From contig NC_068988.1 in NCBI RefSeq assembly GCF_001194135.2, positions 69,487,600 to 69,543,402 of the forward strand: DNA of 55,803 nucleotides, read 5' to 3'. Each line of letters opens with the position of its first letter. The first letter of the stretch is position 1. The notes under the pieces are model-generated. The model was not told the DNA's origin. It saw nothing but the letters and a program-made list of their open reading frames with translations, and did not search any database. The DNA comes from Octopus bimaculoides. Taxonomy: Eukaryota. Below, piece after piece: positions 10,981 through 23,978 of the stretch. The position numbers and the translations under genes were made by a program.

Positions 10981-11519
10981 TTAAATATGGATTTTCTGAT
11001 TGAAGGCTGACATGGAGCAAAACAATAACAACATGTAAAGCTACATGAGCAGTATTTCTCAAAGCACATGCCCAGTTGGTGGCACATAGCAATAATTTGG
11101 TGGGATGCGAAACTTCAGAAGGGAGTGTAAATAATTAGCAAGTGATTAAAATTTGCAACAAAGTTTCAATTAAACTTTTTTGATTCACCCACAAGCCTCT
11201 CCTATATTTCTCTCCAACATCTGCTACAATCACCTCTACCCTACCCACTCATCTAGTTCAAACTTCAATATCACCTCACCTATTCTCACTGCCCTTAATG
11301 TTCCTCAAGAACATGTCCTGACACATTTTCGTCATCATCTCTCCCACTATCACTCTCTTTATCTCACTCTTTAACTTGCTCTCCTTTCTTTTCCAACTTG
11401 GGTATCCAAGCATCTACTCTACAGTAAGATATTTATCTTTGTCCCTCTATACATCCCTCAACTAACACAAAGAACCCCACACAATACATCTCTCACCTCA
11501 CCCCAAGCTAAGGGATTTT

Positions 11520-11872
11520 TGTCTTGCAAGGTGCTTGATGACCCTGTCAGTGATGGGGGCCATGTAAAAAAGCACATAAAAAGTACTAACGCTGGTTCCA
11601 CGTACAGAACACTAGTATTGGTGCCATATAAAAAGCATTCAGTAATCCTGTAAAGTGGTTGGCATTAGGAAGAGCATCCAGTGGTTGGCATTGGGAAGGT
11701 TATCCAACTGTTGAAATCAAGACAATGGTTTCTACAGACAAAGGAGCTTGGTGCAGCTCCTCGCCTTGCCAAGTTCTAGCAAACTGTCCACCCATGCCAG
11801 CATGGATAACAAATATTAAATGATGACAATAATGATGACGTCGAGGATGACGACAACGATGATGATGATGAC
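11520..11872 (+). mobile_element. RTE LINE 3' UTR fragment
   Basis: Repeated ..gccatgtaaaaaagcac motifs, gtggttggcattaggaagagcatccag, cccatgccagcatgg, and a (GAT)n-like tail; same 3' end as the coding copies at 30106 and 53201. Confidence 0.75.
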
Positions 11873-12685
11873 ATGTTGTTCATGTTGGAGTACAAGTTAT
11901 TTGGAAAATGGAAGTGGAGCTGTGGATAAAAAAAATGAGAAATACTGCTGTATGAGCTACTAATGATCCCAAATAATTATGCCTCAGAAAAATTCAGACT
12001 CCATCGATCTATTAGATGGGTTCAGCACCTTTCTATTTCATCTGCATATTTCACCCATGTATTTTATTTGCTGAGTCCATATTTATAAATTTACAACTCT
12101 TATGATAACAAGCACAGCTATGACCATGTAGTGCAGAAGTTCACATCACAACTTGGTGAGTTTTAGTTCACTTACACTGCAAGATTCTAGAGGCAGGTGT
12201 CTTCTACTATGGTTTGTGACAGCTCACTCCTTGTCCATAGAATTGGTAGTTGAAAATTGTAAGAAGCTTGTAACATGTACACATACATGCATGCGCACAC
12301 ACGCACTTCTCTCTATTCTTAAAAAACACATTTCCCTGTCCAAGTCTTTGTCTAAACTGAATTGGTCATTAAGCTGAAGCACATGACAATTAGTGAATGA
12401 CAGAACCTCTACACAGTTGCTTTAATTAAAAACACCAACCACATCTCAGTCAAATCACACCCTAACCTAAACACAAACCTCTTTATATAAGGAGATGATA
12501 CATTGAAAGTAAGCCTAGACATTCTCTTGAAATGACAGAATGGAGACATTTGAACACAGGTTTACTAATTCAGGGTTGACCTATTGAGAAACAAACAACA
12601 ACTACAAAAATTACTATTACTGTAACTGCTCCTGCTGCTATACAATTTCTTAGTTGTTGTTTCTCTTGGATTTATTATTAGCAGT

Positions 12686-13072
12686 TGTAGAGGCGCAATG
12701 GCCCAGTGGTTAGGGCAGTGGACTCATGGTCATAGGATCGCGGTTTCGATTTCCAGACCAGGCATTGTGAGTGTTTATTGAGCGAAAACACCTAAAGCTC
12801 CACGAGGCTCTGGCAGGAGATGGTGGTGAACCCTGCTGTACTCTTTCACCACAACTTTCTCTCACTCTTTCTTCCTGTTTCTGTTGTGCCTGTATTTCAA
12901 AGGGTCAGCCTTGTCACACTGTGTCATGCTGAATATCCCTGAGAACTTCGTTAAGGGTACATGTGTCTGTGGAGTGCTCAGCCACTTGCACGTTAATTTC
13001 TCGAGCAGGCTGTTCCGTTGATCGGATCAACTGGAACCCTCGACGTCATAAGCGACGGAGTGCCAACAACAA
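12686..13072 (+). mobile_element. tRNA-derived SINE family A, full length
   Basis: A and B boxes and (CAA) tail; TSD ttattagcagt / ttatcagcagt (10/11). Confidence 0.92.
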
Positions 13073-13315
13073 TTATCAGCAGTCACAAGTCCTACAATGC
13101 CTTCCTACAACATATTATATTCTAATATATAGTAATTAAAGAATTATATCTCTATATATCTACATTTTATTTATATCTTATTTCTAGCACTCCATTCATG
13201 TACAAACTTTCAGTGTTATTTTATTAAAGAGAAAATGTTTTTAAGCAAGAGAGCACAATCAACTTATATTATCATGTAGAAAGAAAAACCAGTAAGTATT
13301 TACATTGTCAATATA

Positions 13316-13587
13316 CAGTAGCTCAGGAACAAAATTTGCTTAGGGGGTGCAAACCCAGGTCCAAAATTTTTTACAAATTTGGTCTTGTTTTTTTTTCTGT
13401 TATTTATTTTTGTGATTTGTTCTTTGAGAAGAAACCTAACTTCAAGGTACTTTTTACACATCACTTTTTTATTCATGGTTTTGTAAACCTGAGTAAAATA
13501 AGTAGGGCTGCAAATTTTGGTTCTGCACTCCGCAAAAATTCTAGGGAGTGCACTTGCACCACCTGCACCCCCTGTTCCCGGGCCCAT
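13316..13587. mobile_element. TIR-type MITE, superfamily uncertain; right end abuts an N gap
   Basis: Left cagtagctcaggaaca..agggggtgca resembles the reverse complement of right tgcaccccctgttcccgggcccat. Confidence 0.5.
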
Positions 13588-14230
13588 NNNNNNNNNNAAA
13601 AGCAACAGTAACATCCACCCCTAGGGGTCAGCCACACTTAAGTGGCAATATACTACACTATATATATATATATATATATATACGTATGTATAGTGTATAA
13701 TATTTTTAAGTAATGAAGAAAAAAATTTGTATATTGAACAGTGTATATTCCTGCAGCTATACGTAAATGTTATTTAATATAACTATCTGAAATTGCCATC
13801 CAACACCTGACAACATAGAAAATGGAAAACTGATGACTCCAAATGATAAAGAGATCATTATATATTTTGATTTATGAAAATAGAAAAAATATTAAGAAAT
13901 AAATTAGAAATTTAACTCCAGAAAGTTATCCAGGAATGAGGATGCAAAACTTATAGCTCATGTCTTGAGAGAAACATTGAATTATTGCTGCATTTTTGAA
14001 AAATTGCTGCTTTTTAATAAGTGCAAAGATGATGAGGGAAGCAGCAGAAAATTGGCAGAGACTTTGGAGAAAATGTCTTGCAGCGTTTGGTTAGTATCCT
14101 TTACCTTCTGAGTTCAAACTTTGTCATGATCAACTTTACTTTTCACCTTTTAAAAACTGATAAAATAAAGTACTTGTTCTCAGAACCAAAACTACAGTAA
14201 CTAACTTATCAAAGGTTTATAAACATTATA

Positions 14231-14648
14231 GGCACAGGAGTGGCTGTGTGGTAAGTAGCTTGCTTACCAACCACATGGTTCTGGGTTCAATCCCACTGCG
14301 TGGCATCTTGGGCAAGTGTCTTCTACTATAGTCTCGGGCCGACCAAAGCCTTGTGAGTGGATTTGGTAGACAGAAACTGAAAAGAAGCCCGTCGTATATA
14401 TGTGTATATGTATATATATGTGTGTGTGTGTGTGTGCTTGTGCATCTGTGTTTGTCCCCCTAGCATTGCTTGTCAACCGATGCTGGTGTGTTTATGTCCC
14501 CGTAACTTAACAGTTCGGCAAAAGAGACCGCTAGAATAAGTACTAGGCTTACAAAGAATAAGTCCCAGGGTTGATTTGCTCAACTAAAGGCGGTGCTCCA
14601 GCATGGCCACAGTCAAATTACTGAAACAAGTAAAAGAGTAAAAGAGTA
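14231..14648 (+). mobile_element. tRNA-derived SINE family B, full length, internal (TA)/(TG) microsatellite
   Basis: ggcacaggagtggctgtgtggtaag...gggttcaatccc head; central cttgggcaagtgtcttctactatag; tail gaaacaagtaaaagagtaaaagagta. Confidence 0.92.
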
Positions 14649-14757
14649 TTAAGTTTGACACATAGATGGCTGTTTTAATTTAATACTTCCTCAGATTCAT
14701 ATACCATTATTTTATTTATGATTCAGCTGTGAAAACCATGCCAAAATTGATGTCACC

Positions 14758-15120
14758 TGTACTGTTGCCATATAAAAGCACTCAGTCCACTCTGCGGAGT
14801 GGTTGGTGTTAGGAAGGTGTTATGTCTCAAGCTACCGCTATCTAGCACCTCCGGATGATCTCTACTCAACCGCTACACAATGGCTACTCAACAGTCACTC
14901 AACTCTTCTACCATGGCTAGACTACCTCTATTTTTATGTCTTGGGCGATCCTACTTCTTCGCTTGGGGGCGTCGACACAACAGAAGGTCATCCAGTTGTA
15001 AAACCTAAGCTAAAACAGACACAGATGTACAGTCTTCTGCCTGGCCAGCTCCTGTCGAACTGTCCAACCATGCCAGCATAGAAGGAGGACATTAAGCAAT
15101 GATGACGATGATGATGATGA
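14758..15120 (+). mobile_element. RTE LINE 3' UTR fragment, split by a solo LTR
   Basis: ggttggtgttaggaagg[insert]tcatccagttgtaaaa ... ccatgccagcat ... (GAT)n; removing the insert and one TSD restores the conserved motif. Confidence 0.8.
14818..14982. mobile_element. 165-bp solo LTR-like element
   Basis: Starts TGTTATGTC, ends GACACAACA (9-bp inverted ends, 1 mismatch); exact 5-bp TSD GAAGG at 14813-14817 and 14983-14987. Confidence 0.85.
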
Positions 15121-15405
15121 GTGGCTATTTACATCAGTTTTATTCATTGTTTTCTAGATTGGAGGTATCTACACATTGAAAAAAAACCCCTCGAAAAAGC
15201 CAAAAAGGCTCAAAAAGGCCAAAATGCATTTGACATTCTCTCTTGCTGCTGCTGCTGCTGCTGCTGAGATGATTTCTTTCTTCTTTTTTTTGTCTTGCTC
15301 TGATATTAAATGTGCTTTTACCACAAAACACTCATAAGAGATGTTATCTCAAGACAACTACTACAGTAAAGGGCCTATCAAAAGTATGATACACTGAGAG
15401 TTTAA

Positions 15406-15617
15406 CCTTTTAGTGTTTAAACCGGCCATATCTGGCCCAAATATTCTACATGTTTTTTATTCAAACTGGCCATATCTAGCCTCTCACACCTAACCTACAA
15501 TGACATTCTAAAAATAAACAATCATATCATTGAAACCTCAAAGCCATAGCATAACGCATGATTAATTCAGAACAATTTGAATGGAAAAGTATTACATTTA
15601 ACAAAGTAATTGAACAC
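15406..15617. mobile_element. Second copy of the piggyBac-like MITE, right end lost
   Basis: TTAA|ccttttag start; internal agcctctcacaccta..cattctaaaaa(c/t)aaacaatca(c/t)atcattgaaa shared with 10760-10980. Confidence 0.75.
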
Positions 15618-15671
15618 TATCAACTAATTTCTCCCCTAAATGTCTAAAAGTCTGTATAAGAATTTGTGACT

Positions 15672-15674
<3 letters not shown>

Positions 15675-15704
<30 letters not shown>

Positions 15705-15890
15705 TTTATTATCATTTAGCATCCATTTTCCATGCTGCACGGGTTAGCTAGACTGAAACTAGTAAGTTGAAGAGCTGCACCAGCTTCCAGTCTGTTTTGA
15801 CTTAATTTCTATGGCTTGATGCCCTTCCCAATGCCAACCTCTCCATTGAGTGTAGTGTGTGTATTTTACATGTCACCAGCTTGAGTGGCT
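15675..15890 (-). mobile_element. RTE LINE 3' UTR fragment
   Basis: (CAT)n followed by ttccatgctg and gatgcccttcccaatgccaacc. Confidence 0.7.
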
Positions 15891-16439
15891 CACATGTAGT
15901 GAAAATGTGAGTCAACAAAGATTCTTCTAAGTGATCATTTGACTAGTTAGAAATAGAAGACATATTCCCTTCAAATTACACCTTTTAGTCATAAAAGAAG
16001 GAATGTTATAACATGGAACAGTTGAGCCAGGAACAGATCTGATGTCGTGTCTGCTCAATTAGGGTTCACCTAGAAACATACAACAACAAACATTCAGAAT
16101 TGAATTATTGCAAAATAATTTCCATTTTCTTTCATAAGAGAAGCCCCAGTCTGTTTATGTTTTAAACACCCATTACAAATGAATATTTGTTTCGCTCTGA
16201 GCATGAAGTTCTTCAACCACTCTTTTTATGTAAAGCTCTCCAAGTCTACTTAAGTCCTTTCCATAGTGTTTTTTGTTTGTTTGTTTGTTTTTTTGTTGTT
16301 AATACAGGAATAAGCAAAAATTACATATTTGTGGTTTGTGTGTGTGTGCTTGTAAACATTACTCTCTTCTCTGTCACAAACATAATAAGCCCTACACAAA
16401 CGCATACATAAGTTAACATGACAAGCATAACAGGCTTCC

Positions 16440-16455
16440 ACATTCAATACATGTA

Positions 16456-16495
<40 letters not shown>

Positions 16496-17030
16496 ATGCA
16501 CATACACACGCACGCACACACAATGTCCATGTATCATCAAGCCCTTCTAGTCACATACATCTTTGTCTGAGAACACATACAAACACACACTCATATACAC
16601 ATCCAGAAGTACAGTCAGAAATACAGGCTTATATGTTACATACTAACACATACATATTCATGTGCACATGCACACATACATATACACGCATACGCATAAA
16701 CAACATATATCAATTACATTTTCCAATCCCACCCCTTTCCCCTTACAATGTAACTTGAGACAACAAACCCTCCTGGCTACTTTGCTTCACTCCTAAACAT
16801 CCAACTATCAGAGAGTATATATATGCACATATCCATGCCCTGCATAATGCACATACCAATAACCACAATTATGCACACAAACATGCTGACACATACATGT
16901 ACACACACACACTCCATCATGAACAGCTACTTATATGTCTGCATTGATATTCCATATATAGACACATAGTCTTAGGCATACCTACAAATACACACATACA
17001 CACACATAAACAAGTACAAACACACAGCAA
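16440..17030. repeat. Degenerate CA/CATA-rich low-complexity region
   Basis: Directly visible. Confidence 0.8.
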
Positions 17031-17813
17031 TACAAATTCATTAACTCGCTGTAAGCTGATATTTCTTTTCACTGTCTCCTCAGTTTCCTCATTTCATCTC
17101 ATTTCAAACAAATATTTCCCCCTCCATCATTAAGAATTTCAGTTTAATTAATTAAAATTTATTATTTTACTGCATTAAACATGACATTACCCACTTTACT
17201 ATTAACTTATCCTGCAGCAGGTGTCCCCAGGAATTTTCCTCAAGTTGTACTTGTCTTTATAAGTTTGTCTTCTCACTCATCTCTCTTTTCCTTTATTGGA
17301 AGGCTGAGATTGAAAAGTACTACCACTAATAATTTGTCAACTGATTTGAATAATTATCTGAAATATTTTCACCATTTCAAGAGAATATTCTTTTAGATAA
17401 AACTAATAAATGTGTATAAAAATAACAGTAATTCTTATAGCAGTTTAAATGATATTGTAAAACGTTTTCAACATTCCAGTGATATGATTATATCCGCAGA
17501 CGAAACAAAAAATGTGAATGAAATAGCATTAATTCAAAAAATTTTGTCTCTAACAACATTACTGATGCTTGAGGAAAACAACAAAACAAAGCAACTAATA
17601 TCACTACATTCAAAAGATAAGCATGATTTGACACCTATTTCCAGCATGTAGGTGGTGTAGAGACAGAATCAACTGCATGACTAATCAAATACACAATAAA
17701 GTGATATCACTGGATTTAAAATGAAGAACAAGAGCTGGCAGACCAACGAAACCAAAAATTCAGTCATTTCACTCATATCAACTACTGTTTGTTCTGTAAC
17801 TGCTTACAATGAG

Positions 17814-18200
17814 TGGAGGTGCAATGGCCCAGTGGTTAGGGCAGCGGACTTACAGTCATAGGATTGCGGTTTCGATTCCCAGACCAGGCGTTGTGAGTGT
17901 TTATTGAGCGAAAACACCTAAAGCTCCACGAGGCTCTGGCAGGGGATGGTGGCGAACCCTGCTGTACTCTTTCACCACAACTTTCTCTCACTCTTACTTC
18001 TTGTTTCTGTTGTGCCTGTAATTCAAAGGGTCAGCCTTGTCACACTATGTCACGCTGAATATCCCCGAGAACTATGTTAAGGGTACACATGTCTGTGGAG
18101 TGCTCAGTCACTTGCACGTTAATTTCACGAGCAGGCTGCTCCATTGGTTGGATCAACTGGAACCCTCGACGTCGTAAGTGACGGAGTGCCAACTAATTAA
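17814..18200 (+). mobile_element. tRNA-derived SINE family A, full length
   Basis: A and B boxes; exact 11-bp TSD cttacaatgag at 17803-17813 and 18201-18211. Confidence 0.92.
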
Positions 18201-18944
18201 CTTACAATGAGGTTATAAATCAATGAGAGAGGTTATAAAAATAGTAACCAAATCTCCCTCAAATCACACATTGCTGTCTTAAAGTGAAAATATATCTTCA
18301 TGCATACATTGTTTGAGCAGACAGATCTGGGGCTTAAACAACAACAGAGAGATTATAGATAAACCGAATAAAAGGTAATCACATTAAAAATGGTTAGTAA
18401 ATGAACTGACATTTCAAATGACTGTTGTAATCAACAGAAGATATGCTAATTTTTTTTCATAAATTTTACTTCAGGTATGAATTCTTCATCTTTGAAATCT
18501 CTCAGATATTTCCGTATGAAGATTTACATTTGACATTTTAATTGAATTATCTGGAAAAGAAATTTCTTTAAAATTCATTGGATTATAGTCTTTTTCAGTT
18601 TTTACAGTTTTGTTATAAATGATTATTTTTTAAAAGAAATGTCTTTTATTTCGTTGATCTTCTGACAGTAAACAGCAAACAAATATTACTTTCAAACATT
18701 CTTCAGAAATATTTCTTATCTCAAATCACAGAATAATTTGAAGAATAGTTATTAAAAAATTCAAATCTATCTCAACCAAATTGTCATCATCACCATAAAC
18801 ATTACTGTCGTCGTCATCATCATCATCATCATCATTATCATTATCATCGGAAGAAGAAGAAGAAGAAGCACCACCAAATATCATTGTGCATTCTGTCCAA
18901 TGCTTTAACTTAGCCAATCACTCATGTCTTAACAAAGATAAGTC

Positions 18945-19215
18945 ATCATTATCATCATCATCATCATTGTCGTCATCATCAAACATCTGTCTTCCATACT
19001 GGCATGTGTAGGACGGTTTGAGAGGAACTGACAAACCAGATGATTGCACCAAACTCCACTGTCTGTTTTGGCATGGTTTTTATAGATGGATGCCCTTCCT
19101 AATGCCAGTCACTTTACAGAGTAGGCTTGAGTGATTTTTATGTGGCACTAACACTGAAGAAATTTGTTTTGGCATCGTTTTCACAGCTTGATACCCTTCC
19201 TGGCATCAACTACTT
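18945..19215 (-). mobile_element. RTE LINE 3' UTR fragment
   Basis: (CAT)n, cttccatactggcatg, ggatgcccttcctaatgccag; the motif is repeated near 19180-19210. Confidence 0.7.
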
Positions 19216-20649
19216 TACCTGTTTGATAAGTGTTGATCTACGCTTGACAATAACAATGACAAAAACAGTAACAGCAATAACAAGGCTAACTTCTGTATTA
19301 CGATTTTGTGTTACATTACAACTCAGTCCATTTTTTGATGGTTCCAGAAGAATATCAAGTTTTTTTATAAAAGGTTTCTGGCCTCTTAATCAGCCTTTGA
19401 GCATTTCTGCAGAATGAAACACTGCAATATCCTACAACATTCCCATGATGCAATGTGATAAACTATAATAGGGAGAGAGTGAGTGAAGAACTGACCCTAG
19501 CACTTAACTGATACTTTTTATCAAACCCAGAAGGATGAAGCGATAAATCTGCAACTTTATTCATGTTATTAGACACAGTAGAAGTGCCTCATTTTAATCA
19601 GAGATGTTATCAAAATAAGCAGGTCAAAATGTATTTAGGACATCGTTATATCATCAGTTGAATGCTATCAGTTGGTTATTGTTGTGTAAAAGCTCCTCCC
19701 ATATTGAACTTTTGTTACATTCACTTTGGGAGGGGCTCATGATATTTATATTTTATTAAACAAAAGAAAGGTTTTTTTCTCTTTTTTACCAGCTTATGAT
19801 ATTTATACTTGATCTGGTGGAATTCATCATCATTCTTAGTTGGAGAAATTGTAAGGAAAAATGTCGAAAATGCAAACATAATTTGTTCATAATTATGATA
19901 TATCCTTATGATTTTTCTAATGAAGAATTTTTTATGACTTTCTCGAATTGTTCCTAAACTGTTAGAGATAGCACCCAAATCTTTCTCAAACCACACCCTT
20001 CTCTCTTAGAAAGTGGAAAGATACATTAACTAAAGTAATCAGGCATATATTTTACCTCAAAAAGGAAAAGGTTGTATGGTGATAGCTTGAATGTCTTTGT
20101 TCATAGAACTGTTCAGTTAAGACTGACTTGGGGTTAAACAAACAAACTTCAACAAACAAATTTATGGAATTAAGTTTGAAAATAAACGATGGCAAAATCC
20201 CATCTTAATAAGTTTCAAATGTAATAATGGAGAAATCATCTCGAAATTTTGTGAGAATTTTCTTGAAATAGCTTTCATTAATCTTAATTATGGCTCTAAA
20301 AGCATGGCTTAGTTTCCAGTGGAAACAGGTTTCTATAGTTTTATTGCATTTAGATAGAAACCTAGTAATGGAAAACCACAATTTATTGACATTATCTAAT
20401 TGTGTATTGATTAGAAATCTCTGGGAACACGACAGATAGAATGCAGCAAGACACAAGAAAATTCTCAAAAAATAAAAACAATCTAAAATTGTATTGACAT
20501 ACTAATCATTATTATTTATCATTTTTATTATTTTATAACTAATAATGCATCTCTAGCCTCAAGTTGGATGTATATTATTTCATTTTTCCACTGCCATTCT
20601 TTTTCGTCATCTCATCTAAAGACATGCTTAATCATAAACTAATGAAGTA

Positions 20650-21856
20650 TTGGTTCATCCCATAAATAATACGGTTTTTTCATTTGCATAAACTAAAAGT
20701 TGGAGGGGGACAGGATAAACTAACTGCATCAACTTGCTATAAAAACAGGTAGTGATTTTACCTTGTACTTATACTTAGTGCAAGTTTTGAAGAGTGCAGT
20801 TGTTTATTTTTCAAAGCTATAATGGAAGTGACAAAGGACCACATTTGGCATATTTTTGCTTTATGAGTTCAATAAAGGCAACAATGCAATGGAAAGTGTG
20901 AGGAATATTAATGCAGCATATGGGGATTGAATAATAACTATCAGCCAGTGTCAATGGTGGTTCCAGAAATTCCAAGCCAGAAACTACAGCCTAGAAGCCT
21001 TATTCTGGAAGATCTGTCGAGCTCAACAAGAACATCCTGCAAACCCTGGTGGAACAAAATCCCATTGTAACCGTTGAGGGAACTATCAGAGGAGCTTGGA
21101 TTTGGTCATTCAACCATTCATCAACACTTGCATGCCTTTGGAAAAATCAGAAAATTGGGTCAATGGATTCCTCACAAATTTTCCAAGTGTAATCGCATAC
21201 AGAGAGTGAATGTATGCTCTTCTTTGCTGTCATGTCTCATGAATGAATCCTTTTTCAGGCTGAATAGTGACTGGTAAGAAGAAATGGGTTCTCTATAAAA
21301 TTGTCAAGCACTGGAGACAGTGGGTAGGGAAAGGAGAAACACTGGAACCCCAGGCTAAAAAAGGTCTTCACCCACGTAAGGTGTTCTTATGTTTGATGAG
21401 ATATGAAAGGTTTAGTTCACTTTGAGCTTTTAAACCCAAACCAAACGATAACAAAGGAGATCTACTGTGAGCAGCTTAAGTCAGCACTAGAAGAAAAACA
21501 ACCATCTTTGTTTCAAGACGAAAGGTTTTCTTCCATCAGGATAATGCTCTGCCACATACAGTGAGGATGACATTCCAAAGGCTGGAGCAGTTTGAATGGG
21601 AAACAATGCCCCACCCACCATATTCAAAATCATTTGGTCATAAAAAATATGAATTCTGTAGATGAGGTCAGAACAGCACGGGAGGAGTATTTTTCATCAC
21701 AGACAAGTGAATTTTGGAAGTGGGACCTTGCAGATAGTTGGAAGACCTACCAGATAGATGGAAGAACATTGTAGAAAATGAAGGAGAGTATATTTTGTAT
21801 TAACTTTGAAAAATAAAATAAATATAAAAAGCCATATTATTCATGGGATGACCCAA
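20650..21856 (+). mobile_element. Mariner (D,D34D-type) transposon, full span, transposase pseudogene (about 20822-21803)
   Basis: TA|ttggttcatcccataaataat ... attattcatgggatgacccaa|TA; MEVTKDHIWH..LYEFNKGNNAMES, GQWIPH, HQDNALPH, and ..VENEGEYIL*; many stops and frameshifts. Confidence 0.92.
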
Positions 21857-21859
21857 TAT

Positions 21860-22135
21860 TTGTAACATTGTTACTCAACCTATGCAAAAGAGAAGTTATA
21901 TCTCTTTCAGAATGCATTCTTCAATCATAAAAGGAGAAAAAGCACATTGAATATTGCATTCTTTCATTCTTTTCACTTCATCTAGGAACATGCTTCTTCA
22001 TAAACTAATGATGTACTTGTGAAATTGTCACTCAACCTGCAAGAAATAGAAGCTACATCTCCCTCAAAATGCATCCTTCAATCATAAAATAAAAAACACA
22101 TTGAATAATACATTAGTAACTACATTATTTCATTC
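21860..22135 (+). repeat. Old ~155-bp tandem duplication; the first unit continues left of the mariner (20590-20649)
   Basis: g(t)tactcaacc..agaag(t/c)ta(t/c)atctc..aatgcat(t/c)cttcaatcataaaa..cacattgaata occurs twice; cataaactaatga(a/t)gta occurs at about 20633-20649 and about 22000-22016. Confidence 0.7.
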
Positions 22136-22548
22136 ACTTCTAACAACTCTTCTGAGAATAAGATTACTATAATATCATATAAAGGAACTTCTATGTTCTC
22201 ACTCAGCCTATTCAAATCAAGATGGATACTTTGAATTATAGAGTCCAAGATGCACTAGTCCTGAAAACAGGATAGCATGGTAGTGGCTGGAAGATCATTA
22301 ATAAAAGGACCAATTGCATAATGTAGTCCTAAATATGACTAAAAATACTGGATGGTCACTATTGGAATGCCATCGTTAGTCTACTTGATCAATATTTACC
22401 TTGAGATAAACAGCAGCTACTCTATTTCCAATTAGCCTTCAGTTGTTAATTTCTTAAAGATGAAATTCACTTCAGTTGCAATTAAAACAAATTAAGATTC
22501 CATTGTTAAATATTTCAAAAAAGCTTATACAGCCAATTGAATAAATAA

Positions 22549-22806
22549 TTTCTTCATCAGCCAACTAATTAACCAGCCAACTAATTAACCAGCTAACCAA
22601 CAGCTGTTATGCACAACATGACTGACCAACCAACAAACAACTGCTATGTACAACATTACTTACCAACCAACAAATAACTTCTATCTACAGTGCAATTCAC
22701 CAACTCCAGCAATATGCAGAATGACTCACTACTAAATTGACCATCTGACTCTAGTTATATACAACATGACTCATTAACCAACCAACTCTAGCAATGTATG
22801 ACATGA
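22549..22806. repeat. Degenerate minisatellite (units about 35-40 bp, aaccaacc..ctatg.acaacatgact)
   Basis: Recurring accaaccaac and caacatgact motifs; first two short units are ccaactaattaaccag x2. Confidence 0.6.
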
Positions 22807-23107
22807 CAATAGATAGACTGTCACATGGCATATTTAGCAGGTGCAAATGTGTTTGTGTGATTAAAAATGTTTGTTCTGAAAGTATGGAATTTGGGGTTTG
22901 ATATTACAACATGGAACAGTGGGGAAATCTCTTTTACTACAGATATATGTAAACCGAAACCTTAAGAAGAATTGGATAGACAGAGACTCTACTGAAGTTC
23001 ACTGAAAAGCCTACTGGGTGATAGACTTAATCGTTCACCCAGTTTAACATCTCTACCTGAGTCTTGGATGTCTTTTGCAGAGTCCATCTTATTGCAAACA
23101 TTTAGAC

Positions 23108-23351
23108 TAGTGGTTCTCAACTGCATTCCTGAGGCTCGTGGGGGACCACATAAGATTTTGTTGCTAAAATTTATCTGCAATAAATTGGTTATCTTTCTAT
23201 TATACACAAAATAACTTTTTGTACAATTCCTAATAATATTTAAGTATGAAAATACAATCGGAATATTTAAACATCGAATGGCTAGGCGGGTCCATCTAAG
23301 TAAAATAGGATTCAAAGGAGTCTATTGGGAAAAAATGGTTAAGAAACATTG
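23108..23351. mobile_element. hAT-like MITE
   Basis: TIRs tagtggttctcaac / gttaagaaacattg; 8-bp TSD atttagac / atttaggc (7/8). Confidence 0.7.
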
Positions 23352-23734
23352 ATTTAGGCCAGGTCTCCAGTTTGAGAACAACTGTTCACTGAAGCAGTTC
23401 AAAGAATTATAGCCAAACAATGGACTGCTTGATTCTGACTACTGCTGTAGTTTATCAATTTCAACAATTGTTTCTAACATGAGTTCAAGGCTAGAAATTT
23501 AGTGGAAAGAGTTAGTCTATTAAACTGGCCTCAGTTTTTGGCTAGCTGTTTTTTTTTAATGTTACTAGAAGGATGAAGTATGAAGTTGGCCATGGCTGTA
23601 ACTAAACATAGCCAACCATTTTGTCAATATGTTTGGATGACTTAGTATGTATTTCGCTAGAAGTAAAAGAAAAAAGTAGTACTAGAATCCAAGAAAACTT
23701 GTGATGGTCTGTATTGACAAAATAATGACAATTA

Positions 23735-23945
23735 TAATCCTTTCTACAATAGGCACAAGGCTTGAAATTTTGGGGGAGGGGGCAAGTCAATTATATCGAC
23801 CCCTGTGCTCAATTGATGTTTCATTGACCCCAAAAATTGAAAGGCAAAGTTGACCACTGCAGCGTTTGAACACATAATGTAAAGATGGACTAATTACCAC
23901 AAAGTATTTTGTTCAGTATGCTACCAATTCTGCCAGCCTGCCACC

Positions 23946-23978
<33 letters not shown>

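Noticed and set aside
12686-12760. tRNA-like sequences with A and B boxes (also at about 2640-2706, 14231, 17814, 25150-25222, 41692, 46697)
   Set aside because: They are SINE heads continuing into shared SINE bodies with TSDs, not stand-alone tRNA genes.
20822-21803. Mariner transposases as intact or domesticated genes (also 35088-36112 and 47060-48000)
   Set aside because: Each has multiple in-frame stops and frameshifts.
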